The translations under genes were made by a program, and so were the position numbers. Under the pieces are notes generated by a model. That model worked only from the letters and a program-made list of their open reading frames with translations, had not been told where the DNA came from and searched no databases. Source: Limisphaerales bacterium (lineage in GTDB: Bacteria; Verrucomicrobiota; Verrucomicrobiia; Limisphaerales; JACDHS01). Taken from it: DNA of 64,000 bases. This document shows positions 18,975-28,907 of the stretch, piece after piece. Location of the stretch: assembly GCA_046597605.1 (NCBI GenBank), contig JBKJKE010000008.1, positions 15,284 through 79,283 on the forward strand. Reading direction: 5' to 3'. How positions within the stretch are numbered: position 1 is the stretch's first letter; each line of letters opens with the position of its first letter.

Positions 18975-20267
18975 TTGAAAGCACTCATTTCCACGAACCG
19001 GCGTACTGAGCGAGTTTTCCTCGTCGGCGTCGAACTCAAGACCGGCTCCGCCTTCGATACTCGCGACTACTTGGACGAACTGAAAGAACTCGCCACCAGT
19101 GCAGGCGCGGTCGTTGTGGACGAAGGCACCCAGAAACTGGAAGTGCCCAACGCGAGCACTTATATTGGCAAAGGAAAGGCTGAGGAATTTGCGGGCATCT
19201 GTCGGGAGAAGAATATCGATACCGTGATCTTCGATGATGAGCTTTCGCCTGCTCAGACGCGTTCCCTTGAAAAAATTTTCGAATGCAAGATCCTGGATCG
19301 TACGGCGCTGATCCTCGACATCTTCGCGCAACGTGCGCGAACCCGCGAAGGCAAGCTGCAGATCGAACTCGCCCAACTGCAACATCTGTTGCCGCGACTC
19401 ACCCGTTTCTGGGGCCATTTGTCTCGCCAAAAAGGTGGTATCGGTATGCGCGGTGGTGAAGGTGAATCACAACTCGAATCCGATCGGCGCAAAGTTTCTG
19501 AACGTATCGATAAGATCGAGTCGGAGCTCGAGACCGTGCGTCGTCAGCGAGCCACTCAGCGCAATGGACGGCAGCGTAACCTCTGGCCGATCGCATCCAT
19601 CGTTGGATACACGAATGCCGGCAAATCGACATTGCTCAACAAGCTGACCGGGGCGGCCGTATATGCAGAACAGAAGATGTTCGCAACGCTGGATCCAACA
19701 ACGCGTCGTTTGCATTTGCCGACGAATCAAAATGTTTTGCTGACCGACACGGTAGGTTTCATCCGCAAGCTGCCTCATGATCTGGTTGAATCTTTCAAAG
19801 CTACGCTGGAAGAAGTGGTCCAAGCTGACTTGTTGATTCATGTCGTGGACTCCAGCCACGAACAAGCGGAAGAGCAAATCATTGCCGTCAACAACGTCCT
19901 CGAAGAATTGGGCGCCGCGGGCAAGCCCACGATAACGGTCTTCAACAAGATCGATCGTTTCGAAAATGGAGAGTGGCGTAATCGTTTTCAGGTTCAGTTT
20001 CCCAATGGCATCGGAGTTTCGGCAAAGACAGGCGTGGGGATAGAGGCGCTGGTGGCAGAGATCGGAACTCAGCTCCGTCCCATTCGTGAGTTTGTGGAAT
20101 TGCACGTGCCGCACGAGCAATCCGCGGTGATTGCGCGAGTGCATGAGGTCGGACAGGTAGTGGAGCGAAACTACACGGGCAAGAAAGCGAAATTCAAAGT
20201 ACGGATTCCGCCGCATTGTCATTCTGAATTTGCTCCATTCATCGTTCAGGAAATTCAGGCTGCTTAA
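18975..20267 (+). CDS. hflX: GTPase HflX
   Basis: HflX N-domain (RVFLVGV..LDIFAQRARTREGKLQIELAQL). G motifs GYTNAGKSTLLN, DTVGFI, NKID. TTG start at 18975. Confidence 0.93.
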   Translation: MKALISTNRRTERVFLVGVELKTGSAFDTRDYLDELKELATSAGAVVVDEGTQKLEVPNASTYIGKGKAEEFAGICREKNIDTVIFDDELSPAQTRSLEKIFECKILDRTALILDIFAQRARTREGKLQIELAQLQHLLPRLTRFWGHLSRQKGGIGMRGGEGESQLESDRRKVSERIDKIESELETVRRQRATQRNGRQRNLWPIASIVGYTNAGKSTLLNKLTGAAVYAEQKMFATLDPTTRRLHLPTNQNVLLTDTVGFIRKLPHDLVESFKATLEEVVQADLLIHVVDSSHEQAEEQIIAVNNVLEELGAAGKPTITVFNKIDRFENGEWRNRFQVQFPNGIGVSAKTGVGIEALVAEIGTQLRPIREFVELHVPHEQSAVIARVHEVGQVVERNYTGKKAKFKVRIPPHCHSEFAPFIVQEIQAA

Positions 20268-20358
20268 TATTTGGGAACTGATTGTTCGCGATTAACGGGT
20301 CGCGGTAATCACGTGCGCTTGTTTGGAGGACGGCTTTGCCGGAATATGGCAGCGTCCC

Positions 20359-23358
20359 ATGAACAAGTTGTCGCGTTATCTTTTTCTGCTGCTGGTCTCT
20401 CTCGTTGCGTGGCCCTGTGTTGCGCAGACAAACTTCGCGGTGCTGGCGACGGACGGTGCCTGGACCTGGTATAACGATCCTCGTGCGGTGTTCCACAATG
20501 GCGCTCTCTACTTTGGCTACGTCCGCAACAGCGACGGAAAATCAGCTCTAAGTTCACTTCAACTCCAAACCGGCAAGCGCACCGAACTTTGGAGCAGCGC
20601 GTTGGCTCAAAAAGATGATCACAACAATCCTGCGTTGTTAGTGAAGCAGGATGGCCATTTACTGGCCATTCACGCCCGGCATGGCTCAGACCCGTTTTTC
20701 AGCTATCGACTCTCGTCCACCACCAATCCGATCGCGCCCATTAATTGGAGTCAGGAATTCACCAGTACGAATAGCGGCGGGGTGACATACGCGAATCCAT
20801 TTCAACTTTCGGGCGAGAGCGGTCGCATCTACAACTACATGCGCAACCAGAACTTCAATCCGACAGTCGTTAGTTCCACAAACGGCGGGCAGACCTGGTC
20901 CAGTGCCCTGCATTTCATCAAGACCGGAACCGGCGGGACCCGTCCCTATGTGAAATATTGTTCCGACTATGCGGAGCGGATTGATTTTCTCTATACCGAC
21001 GGCCATCCCCGTAATGAAAACAACTCGCTCTATCACATCTTCTATCGCCAGGGCGCTTACTACACGACAGAAGGAACGTTGGTGAAGAATTATGCCGATC
21101 TACCAATCCTGCACGACTCAGGGGAACGCGGCTCAGTGATTTATCAATACAGCGATGTCCCGACCAATGATCCCAATGCGCATATCCCCACGGGGCGCGC
21201 CTGGTGCACAGAAATAACCTATCAAACCAACGGTGCGCCGGTTGCGCTTTTCACGGTCCAACGCGACAACGTCACGGTGTCGAATTGGACTGGTGATCGT
21301 ATTTATTATTATTACGCGCGCTGGACCGGGAGCAATTGGCAGAAACGTTTCATCGCTCATGCGGGACGTCCTCTCTACGAATCTGAAGATGATTATCCCG
21401 GCGGCATTTGCACGGATCCAGAGAACTCCAACATCATTTACATTTCCAGCAATGCGCAGAATCCATTCGATCTCACCACCACGACGAATGTCCCTTTGCG
21501 CGCGAACTCTCGCTATGAACTCTATCGCGGAATCACCAGCGACGGTGGCCTTACGTTTAGCTGGGAGGTGATCACTACGAATTCCACCAAAGATAATTTG
21601 CGCCCTTACATGCCGAGGCGACACAATGGCGCTACGGCGGTGATCTGGTTTCGCGGCACATACACCACATTCACCAGCTACAATTGTGAGATCGTGGGAC
21701 TTTTCTCCACCAGCATTCCCCGCACTCCGCAAGTCAGCATCAGCAGCCCAACCAACTCCCTGGTTTGGATGACTAATTCGGGAAACAAATTGAAACTCAG
21801 CGCCGTGGTGGTCGATGACGAGTTACCTCAAGCTCCCAGCCTGCTTTGGTCGACTGCGGCGGGACCAACCAATGCCGTTTTTCTAACGCCGAATAGCACG
21901 AGCAGTTTCGCTGAGTTTTCCATGCCTGGGACGTATACGTTGCGGATCATCGCCGATGATACCCTCGCGAGCAGTTTCGCCGAAACGACTGTTGTTGTGG
22001 GCAATGAGGCTCTTGAGCAGGCAGATGCATCGCGAGTGATGTGTTTGAAGTTCGACGAGACTTCTGGAGGCGTTGCCCAGGATAGTTCCGGCAGTGGCAA
22101 TGCAGGGGCGATATCAGGACCGGTCGTGTGGAACGCAACCAATGGGATGCGAGCAGGAGCTATTGAACTCGATGGCGCGACCGCTCAGGTTGTTGTTCCT
22201 GATGCGCCTGCGCTGGACAGCACAGCCGCTTTCACTTTGGCGTATTGGTTCAAGGCTAATAACTATCTGGTCGATTCCGCCGGCCTCGTTTCGAAGCGAC
22301 TCAATGTCGCGGACAACAATGCCTACACCACGTATTTGAAAAGCACGGATCGCCGAATTTATGTCGACATTGTGGGAGGAGACAACCGGTTCTCCAGCAG
22401 CACCTCGATCAGCACCGGGCTCTGGTACCATGTGGCGTTGGTGTTCAATGGATCGCTGCCGGTGGCGCAACGCGCACAGCTTTGGATCAATGGTGATCTT
22501 GATGTGACGGCAAGCGAGAGCAGTGTCACCATTCCCGACTACACCTCAAGCGTTCGCATTGGCAACACGCATCCGGGAGCGACCAATTGGTTCAGTGGCT
22601 CGTTTGATGACGTGCAGTTTCTTCGACGCCCTTTGAGCGGTGCGGAAATCAAATTGCTCGCCGTGCGTCATCGTACGCCGACTGTATTTGCCGGAAGTGC
22701 CCCTGCTGTATACAGCGGTGTCATAGGAACGTTGAGCGGTAGTGTCTTAAATGGAACGACCTCGGCAGCTGTTTCAAGCTGGTCTCAATCCGGTGGACCC
22801 GGCAATGCCCTTTTCGGAAATTCCAACTCCCCCGCTTCGACGGTAAGATTTTCGCGCGGCGGAACTTATGTTCTGCGGTTGCAAGCGGAAGATCCACTGG
22901 CAACGGTTGCACGCGATCTCGTGGTTTCAGTCGGAGCTAACACCAACGTCTTCGAAGATTGGGCGGCATTCTATTTAACCGAAGGCATGCGTTCCGAGAT
23001 GGCGGATCCTGATGTGGATGGAGTTGCCAACATCTTCGAATTCGCATTCGGGATGAATCCCACGCAAGACGATGCCTTTGCGTTTTCCCCCAGTTCTGCG
23101 GGTGTCGGTAAGGCGAGTATTGAAAACTTTGGGGGGACTAATTTCCTTTCCCTCAAAGTGAAGCGACCAACCGGACGGCTAGGCATAACTTATGCCGGAC
23201 AGGCCTCGGCAGATTTGGCGATATGGGAGGTGGCCTTCCAACAAGGCTCGCCAGCGGACAATGGAGACGGAACTGAGATTCTCACTTTACGCGATTTCGT
23301 CCCGAGAGAGCAGGCACCCCAACGATTTCTAAGATTGCAGGTCAGCCGGCAGTTTTAA
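20359..23358 (+). CDS. Secreted BNR/sialidase-like beta-propeller protein with LamG (concanavalin A-like) domain
   Basis: Signal peptide MNKLSRYLFLLLVSLVAWPCVAQ from ATG 20359. BNR-type SxDxGxTW-like motifs (STNGGQTWS, TSDGGLTFSW). LamG-like block (AFTLAYWFKAN..WYHVALVF..GSFDDVQFLRRPLSGAEI). Confidence 0.65.
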   Translation: MNKLSRYLFLLLVSLVAWPCVAQTNFAVLATDGAWTWYNDPRAVFHNGALYFGYVRNSDGKSALSSLQLQTGKRTELWSSALAQKDDHNNPALLVKQDGHLLAIHARHGSDPFFSYRLSSTTNPIAPINWSQEFTSTNSGGVTYANPFQLSGESGRIYNYMRNQNFNPTVVSSTNGGQTWSSALHFIKTGTGGTRPYVKYCSDYAERIDFLYTDGHPRNENNSLYHIFYRQGAYYTTEGTLVKNYADLPILHDSGERGSVIYQYSDVPTNDPNAHIPTGRAWCTEITYQTNGAPVALFTVQRDNVTVSNWTGDRIYYYYARWTGSNWQKRFIAHAGRPLYESEDDYPGGICTDPENSNIIYISSNAQNPFDLTTTTNVPLRANSRYELYRGITSDGGLTFSWEVITTNSTKDNLRPYMPRRHNGATAVIWFRGTYTTFTSYNCEIVGLFSTSIPRTPQVSISSPTNSLVWMTNSGNKLKLSAVVVDDELPQAPSLLWSTAAGPTNAVFLTPNSTSSFAEFSMPGTYTLRIIADDTLASSFAETTVVVGNEALEQADASRVMCLKFDETSGGVAQDSSGSGNAGAISGPVVWNATNGMRAGAIELDGATAQVVVPDAPALDSTAAFTLAYWFKANNYLVDSAGLVSKRLNVADNNAYTTYLKSTDRRIYVDIVGGDNRFSSSTSISTGLWYHVALVFNGSLPVAQRAQLWINGDLDVTASESSVTIPDYTSSVRIGNTHPGATNWFSGSFDDVQFLRRPLSGAEIKLLAVRHRTPTVFAGSAPAVYSGVIGTLSGSVLNGTTSAAVSSWSQSGGPGNALFGNSNSPASTVRFSRGGTYVLRLQAEDPLATVARDLVVSVGANTNVFEDWAAFYLTEGMRSEMADPDVDGVANIFEFAFGMNPTQDDAFAFSPSSAGVGKASIENFGGTNFLSLKVKRPTGRLGITYAGQASADLAIWEVAFQQGSPADNGDGTEILTLRDFVPREQAPQRFLRLQVSRQF

Positions 23359-23474
23359 TCTTCACGAAACCTTTTTTTGAGATCGGAACGTCGAAAACGC
23401 TTGCCTCCTCAAACGCAGCTAAACTAGAACGGGCGCTTACCGATTCGCCGTAGGGCGAGTTTTTCGTTTAACTC

Positions 23475-25607
23475 ATGAAGAAAACATTCGTATTTGCCGC
23501 GCCTGCGTTAGCAGCTGCCTTTCTCTGTGCCACTACCGTCTCCGGACAAACGGATACTGCTCTGGCTAACTCCTCCACCTATCGGATGCCGACAGTGACT
23601 GTCTATGGGAGCTCGACCAATGCGACCCAACCTGTGGTTCAATCGGCCAACGCTGTGACGGTTCTTGCGGGCGAACAGATTCGGCCCGGAAGCATTACCA
23701 CGACCCGCGATCTGGGCACTTATATCCCGAATCTTACGGTCTTCGATGCCAATAATGATCGTACCCCCAAGTTTTCTGTGCGCGGACTGCGAGAAAACAA
23801 TTTTGCAGCAGGTGAACCAGCCGTTGGTTTTTATGTCGACGATATTCCCTACACCGATCTGAATTCCCGCGGGCTCGCTTTGTTTGATGTCGAGCAGGTT
23901 GAGTTCCTGCGCGGACCGCAGCATACCCTCTTTGGTGCGAGCGGACCCGGCGGAGTTGTTAATGTTGTGACCCGCCAGCCCGGAAACGTCTGGGAAGGCA
24001 GAGGTGGATTTACCTACGGAAATTACAACAGCCAAACCTACGACGCTTCCATTCGTGGACCAATCGTGGCGGATACCCTCTCGCTCGGTGTTTCGGGGAT
24101 CTACTCAGAACGGGATGGATTCGTGCGCAACCTGGTTAACGGGAACCGCATCGACGATAAAGAAACTCTCGGCGGACGTGCGCAATTGCGCTGGACCCCA
24201 ACCGAGACCCTGGATTTTTCGCTGATCCTGCATGGCCAGCAGTTCGAAGATGGTTTCGTCCCGACTTATTATCCCACGGTTGATCCTGACCGATTCCATG
24301 TCTATCGCGACTATGATGGGTCGGTGGATACCGAAACCTATGGTGTCGCTTTCAAAGGCAGCTTCGAGAACGATATGCTGAAGGTCACGTCCGTGACTTC
24401 GTACCGAACCTGGAAACAAGACTTGTTGCAGGACTTTGATTTCTCCCCGTTTCCCGCACGTATTGGTTTCAACAATCCTGAGCTCGAACAATGGAGCCAG
24501 GAATTGCGCTTTCAATCGAGTGACCTCGATCAGCCGTTGCAATGGCTGGGCGGTCTCTATTTCTCACATGCTGATTCTCAGAACGACAGTGGCAGTGTGG
24601 AGCTCACCCCGCTTCCCGGATCTCCTTTGCCACCGCCAAGTACTTTCCGCACGTTGTCGGAGAACGAGAACGAAACATACGCCATTTTTGGCCAGGCGAC
24701 CTACACGGTTGGAGAGAAGCTCGATCTAACGGCCGGATTGCGTCTGAGCTACGAAGATCGATCGATCGATCGCGTCCGTCAGTTCGAAAGTCCATTCATA
24801 CCGACAAGCCCACTGAGCGCCTATTCCGCCTCGGATGAGTTTACGGATATCTCCCCCAAGGTTGGTGTGAGCTACAGAGTAGCGGACCCGGTTGAAGTTT
24901 ATGCCAGTGTTCGCCGTGGATTCCAGAGCGGTGGATTTAATGCTGCAAACGATAACCCAGCGCAATCGCGCTATGGCTCTTCCCATTCATGGCATTACGA
25001 AGTCGGGGCGAAGTCCAGGATGATGGAAGATCGGTTTGTGCTCAACGCAGCGGCCTTCTACGCCGACTACGATCACTATCAGACGTATCGAATCAATCCG
25101 CTGAATCCGGCTGATGCTTATTTGGTGAATGCTGAAGATGTGAATACTTACGGCGTCGAAGTGGATGCTATTCTCCGTCCAGTGACAGGATTGGATCTGA
25201 GCGCTGCCATCGGCGTGGTGCAGGCGGAGTTCAACGAATATCAGGATCCAAACACTGGTGCTAATTTCGATGGGAACGACATCAATTTCGTTCCGGAATT
25301 CACCGCAAGTGTTGCTGCTCAGTATCGTTTCCCGTTCAACGTATACGCACGGATCGAATTGCAAGGTCTGGGGGACTACTGGTTGGACGAAGCAAATAGC
25401 ACCAGGCAAAAGGCATTCGGTTTGTTGAATGCGCGCATTGGCTACGAACACAAGAACTTCGAAGTCTACATCTTTGGCCGAAATCTATTGGACAAAGAAT
25501 ACGACAACAACGCACTGGACCTGCGTAATGCCTTCCAACCCGATCTGCTCGTGCGTCAACCGGGTGACCCAATGACCTTCGGCATTGCAGTCGCCGGCAA
25601 GTTTTAG
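23475..25607 (+). CDS. TonB-dependent outer-membrane receptor
   Basis: Signal peptide. Plug motifs (VTVLAGEQI, VRGLRENN, VGFYVDDIPY, VEFLRGPQHTLFGASGPGG). Long beta-barrel ending in the aromatic terminal residue ..AVAGKF. Confidence 0.92.
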   Translation: MKKTFVFAAPALAAAFLCATTVSGQTDTALANSSTYRMPTVTVYGSSTNATQPVVQSANAVTVLAGEQIRPGSITTTRDLGTYIPNLTVFDANNDRTPKFSVRGLRENNFAAGEPAVGFYVDDIPYTDLNSRGLALFDVEQVEFLRGPQHTLFGASGPGGVVNVVTRQPGNVWEGRGGFTYGNYNSQTYDASIRGPIVADTLSLGVSGIYSERDGFVRNLVNGNRIDDKETLGGRAQLRWTPTETLDFSLILHGQQFEDGFVPTYYPTVDPDRFHVYRDYDGSVDTETYGVAFKGSFENDMLKVTSVTSYRTWKQDLLQDFDFSPFPARIGFNNPELEQWSQELRFQSSDLDQPLQWLGGLYFSHADSQNDSGSVELTPLPGSPLPPPSTFRTLSENENETYAIFGQATYTVGEKLDLTAGLRLSYEDRSIDRVRQFESPFIPTSPLSAYSASDEFTDISPKVGVSYRVADPVEVYASVRRGFQSGGFNAANDNPAQSRYGSSHSWHYEVGAKSRMMEDRFVLNAAAFYADYDHYQTYRINPLNPADAYLVNAEDVNTYGVEVDAILRPVTGLDLSAAIGVVQAEFNEYQDPNTGANFDGNDINFVPEFTASVAAQYRFPFNVYARIELQGLGDYWLDEANSTRQKAFGLLNARIGYEHKNFEVYIFGRNLLDKEYDNNALDLRNAFQPDLLVRQPGDPMTFGIAVAGKF

Positions 25608-25610
25608 TTT

Positions 25611-25644
25611 CACAAAAAATCCGGCAGCGATCACTCGCTGCCGG
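25611..25644 (-). terminator. Rho-independent terminator between convergent genes
   Basis: CCGGCAGCGA-tcac-TCGCTGCCGG (10-bp perfect stem, 25621-25644), followed on the minus strand by ATTTTTTG. Confidence 0.8.
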
Positions 25645-25671
25645 ATGTAGATAACACAGAGACTACTCTGA

Positions 25672-26793
25672 TCATTTTTCCCAATGACTCAAAAGGTCTT
25701 TGGGAATTTTTGCTTTTTCGGGATAGATCAAATAAACGGTGTTGTTCGACTTGCTCCACGCGTTGATCACGTTCTGACGTTTATAGACCCGACGTGAATC
25801 TTTCGTTGGGTCCGTTCCAGGATCGTTGATGACCACGTCGCCTTCTTTGGTAAATCCGCGCACCACCACGATGTGACCATTGCCTGTTTTCTTGCGGCCT
25901 TCTTCCAGCAAATCCCATGGCGATGAGATGATGACCGGGTATCCGGCACCAATCCACTGTTCCAATTCACTGACTCCGGCAAAGCGTGTGACGTAAGCCC
26001 GCATGCCTTCGAAGCTTCCAACGACGGCCGTGTTGAATGGCCAGTTACCGGTACCTTCCCATCCTTTGTCGAAAATCGCTGGCACCAACTGCGGCACATC
26101 CAGATCCAACTCGGGACGATTAAGCTTCTTCGACCAATGATTGAGAACCATGGATATGGAGGTGGGACTGCACCACCCTTTTTCATCCGGGTAGGCATTT
26201 TGTGAGCGCCCGATGACGTCGAGTTCCTTGCCCCAGGAGGTTCGAGCGGACGAGGGGGGCTGAGGAACCGCGGAGGAATCGCAAAAAGAAATACCCACAA
26301 ACTTTAGCTCGGGCACCTTTCCCTGCTCGCCGGAAGTGAGGGTGATGCGAATCTCGGCTTTGGCTCCCGAGCGGTTCAGGACGAGGGTATCTGCCAGGAC
26401 GTTGCCGTCCTCATCTTTTTGGCCCTTGATACTCTGTCGCTCCGTTCGACTGCTGTCCGGAGACCAGATCCCAAGGTTATAAAACCTGGTGGCCTTATCG
26501 GGATAAATGCCGCGCGCTTCTATTTTGAGCATGCTGCCGGTCGGCGCGTGGACGTTCCAAGAGACAACGAGCTCATTCCAATTGATCGGAACCGTGTAGA
26601 CCGGCGAGGTAAGGACGACCTCGCTGTCGTTTGTATGCTGCTCTTTCTGGTAATTTGAAAAGCGTTCCACGCCAATAAAATGGCTGAATGGCTCGACATC
26701 TTTCGCTGCAAAAACACTGTGTTGCAGCATCACGAGGGTGAGAAGGAGTGCCTGATGGGCAAAATGGGGAAAACTATGCACGAAAAATTTCAT
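25672..26793 (-). CDS. Secreted peptidase C39-like (papain-fold) domain protein
   Basis: Signal peptide from ATG 26793 (MKFFVHSFPHFAHQALLLTLVMLQHSVFA). C-terminal domain with nucleophile context GWCSPTSISMVLNHW and a downstream GHIVVVRGF..VINDPG. Confidence 0.6.
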   Translation of the reverse strand: MKFFVHSFPHFAHQALLLTLVMLQHSVFAAKDVEPFSHFIGVERFSNYQKEQHTNDSEVVLTSPVYTVPINWNELVVSWNVHAPTGSMLKIEARGIYPDKATRFYNLGIWSPDSSRTERQSIKGQKDEDGNVLADTLVLNRSGAKAEIRITLTSGEQGKVPELKFVGISFCDSSAVPQPPSSARTSWGKELDVIGRSQNAYPDEKGWCSPTSISMVLNHWSKKLNRPELDLDVPQLVPAIFDKGWEGTGNWPFNTAVVGSFEGMRAYVTRFAGVSELEQWIGAGYPVIISSPWDLLEEGRKKTGNGHIVVVRGFTKEGDVVINDPGTDPTKDSRRVYKRQNVINAWSKSNNTVYLIYPEKAKIPKDLLSHWEK

Positions 26794-26858
26794 TTTCAAC
26801 TTTGCCCTCGACTGTAGCATCCGTAGGACTTTCTGAAAATATAAACCGACTAGGAACC

Positions 26859-27695
26859 ATGAAACTTTATCGTCTGAATCGTCTCTTTAACGCCAAGTCG
26901 AATCGCTGCTTCGACGTAGCAATCGACCACGGGTTTTTCAACGAACGCGCCTTTTTGCAGGGGATTGAGAATCTCGACAAGTCAGTCCGCACCATTGTGG
27001 CCGCGGCCCCGGATGCAGTGCAGTTGACGGTGGGGCAAGCTCATTACCTTCAATCCCTGCCGGGTCGTCATAAACCCTCTCTCGTGCTCCGAACCGACGT
27101 TGCGAACGTCTATGGCAACGTGCTGCCTCGCACTTTGTTCAGTCGCATGATTGAGCGTCCTGTGGAGCAGGCGATTAACCTCGACGCAACTTGCGTGGTG
27201 GTAAACCTGTTCCGCATTCCCGAGCAACCGGAAGTCGCCGATCAATGCATTCAGAACATCTTGAAGATTAAGCCCGAGTGCGATCGCTATGGCATACCAT
27301 TGATGATCGAACCGCTTGTGTTCCAATCAAATCAGAAAGCAGGGGGCTACATGGTGGACGGGGACTTGGAGAAAATTCTTCCGCTCGTACGTCAGGCTGT
27401 TGAACTAGGTGCCGACATCATCAAGGCCGATCCTACGGATGACGTTAAACTTTACAGCAAAGTAGTCGAAATTGCTGGCCGTATTCCAGTGCTCGTTCGC
27501 GGCGGCGGCAAAGCTCCGGATGCTGAGATCCTCGCGAGAACGGAAGAGTTGATGAAGCAGGGGGCTGCCGGAATTGTTTACGGTCGTAACATCATTCAAC
27601 ACCATGATCCTGCCGGAATGACGCGCGCATTGATGGCGGTGGTGCATGATGGAGCGACCGCGTTGGAAGCCGCCAAGTTCATCAAGGGTTCCTAA
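26859..27695 (+). CDS. Class I aldolase of the DhnA/FbaB/LsrF (DeoC-LacD) family
   Basis: MKLYRLNRLF..CFDVAIDHGFF..DAVQLT..VVVNLF..PLMIEPL..GADIIKADPTDD..PVLVRGGGK..GIVYGRNIIQH. ATG 26859 is preferred over the track start 26748, which overlaps the divergent gene. Confidence 0.8.
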   Translation: MKLYRLNRLFNAKSNRCFDVAIDHGFFNERAFLQGIENLDKSVRTIVAAAPDAVQLTVGQAHYLQSLPGRHKPSLVLRTDVANVYGNVLPRTLFSRMIERPVEQAINLDATCVVVNLFRIPEQPEVADQCIQNILKIKPECDRYGIPLMIEPLVFQSNQKAGGYMVDGDLEKILPLVRQAVELGADIIKADPTDDVKLYSKVVEIAGRIPVLVRGGGKAPDAEILARTEELMKQGAAGIVYGRNIIQHHDPAGMTRALMAVVHDGATALEAAKFIKGS

Positions 27696-27719
27696 TTTGG
27701 TAACCATAGAACGTTTATT

Positions 27720-28850
27720 ATGAGTCAAAAATTGCGATTGGGTATTATCGGTGGTGGTTTAATGGGCCGTGAGGCTGCCAGTGCGTTTGGTCGCTGGTTT
27801 GTTCTGGAAAAGTTTCCAGTCCAGGTGGAATTGGTCGCGGTGTGCGATCTCCAGGAGAGTCTCCTCGAGTGGTTCAAGAAGGTTCCAACGGTGAAACTGC
27901 TCACCAAGGATCACAACGAGCTACTGAAATCTCCGGACGTCGATGTCGTTTACGTTGCGGTGCCTCACAACCTGCACGAGAAACTCTATCTCGACGTGTT
28001 GAATGCCGGGAAAGATCTTCTCGCAGAGAAGCCTTTCGGTATCGATTTGCAGGCAGCGCGAACCATCCGTGATGCGGCAAAGAAATCCGGTCGTTTCGTT
28101 CGTTGCAGCTCCGAGTTTCCTTTCATGCCGGGTGCGCAGCGCGCTCTGCAAATCGCCCAGGGTGGACAGTTCGGCAAGGTGCTCGAAGTCCGTTCCTGCT
28201 TTTGGCACGCCAGCGATCTTGATCCAACGAAGGCAATCAATTGGAAACGCCAAAACAAATTCTGTGGCGAAATTGGGGTGATGGGCGACCTCGGTATGCA
28301 TGTGGTGCATTTCCCGTTTCGTCTCGGATGGTTTCCAAAGCGCGTCTACGCTCAATTGCAAAAGATCTACACCGAGCGTCCGGACGGCAAGGGTGGGATG
28401 GCCCCCTGCGACACGTGGGACAATGCATTGCTCCACACGGATGTGGATATCAACGGGCAAAGCGATGTGCCGGTTCGTTTTGAAATGAAACGATTGGCTC
28501 CAGGAGAAACGAATACCTGGCAGATCGAAATCCTTGGGACTGATGGCGGCGTTCGCTATAGCACCAAGGAACCCAAAACCCTTTGGACGTTTACCCGCGG
28601 CAAAGAACAAATCTGGCAACGGACCGATCTCGGTTATCAAGTGCCGTTTCAAACAATCACCGGTGGGATATTCGAAGCTGGCTTTCCGGATTGCTTCCTT
28701 CAGATGTGGGCCGCGTATGCTGCGGAACGCGCGGGTGCTCTGGAAGGTCGCATGGGCTGCGTAACGCCCGATGAAGCGGTGAAGAGCCACGAGTTGTTTG
28801 CTGCCGCTCTTGAATCACATAAGAGCAAGAAAGTCATCGAGCTTTCGTAA
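27720..28850 (+). CDS. Gfo/Idh/MocA-family NAD(P)-dependent oxidoreductase
   Basis: N-terminal Rossmann motif LRLGIIGGGLMGREAA. DVVYVAVPHNLH and LLAEKPF motifs typical of the family. Confidence 0.85.
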   Translation: MSQKLRLGIIGGGLMGREAASAFGRWFVLEKFPVQVELVAVCDLQESLLEWFKKVPTVKLLTKDHNELLKSPDVDVVYVAVPHNLHEKLYLDVLNAGKDLLAEKPFGIDLQAARTIRDAAKKSGRFVRCSSEFPFMPGAQRALQIAQGGQFGKVLEVRSCFWHASDLDPTKAINWKRQNKFCGEIGVMGDLGMHVVHFPFRLGWFPKRVYAQLQKIYTERPDGKGGMAPCDTWDNALLHTDVDINGQSDVPVRFEMKRLAPGETNTWQIEILGTDGGVRYSTKEPKTLWTFTRGKEQIWQRTDLGYQVPFQTITGGIFEAGFPDCFLQMWAAYAAERAGALEGRMGCVTPDEAVKSHELFAAALESHKSKKVIELS

Positions 28851-28907
28851 GCCGATTCACCCACCCGTCGCAGTTCGACTTACAAGCAGTTGATGAACCC
28901 ATGGTTC

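Noticed and set aside
23359-23474. Riboswitch (for example cobalamin) in the leader of the TonB-dependent receptor
   Set aside because: The intergenic region is only about 115 nt and I see no conserved riboswitch core (no B12 box). It is too short for the known classes.
27921-28790. 289-aa minus-strand ORF antisense to the Gfo/Idh/MocA oxidoreductase
   Set aside because: It is a shadow ORF of a well-supported plus-strand gene. The same reasoning applies to 19467..20222 (antisense to hflX), 18105..18764 (antisense to deoA), 21133..21732 and 35329..35916.
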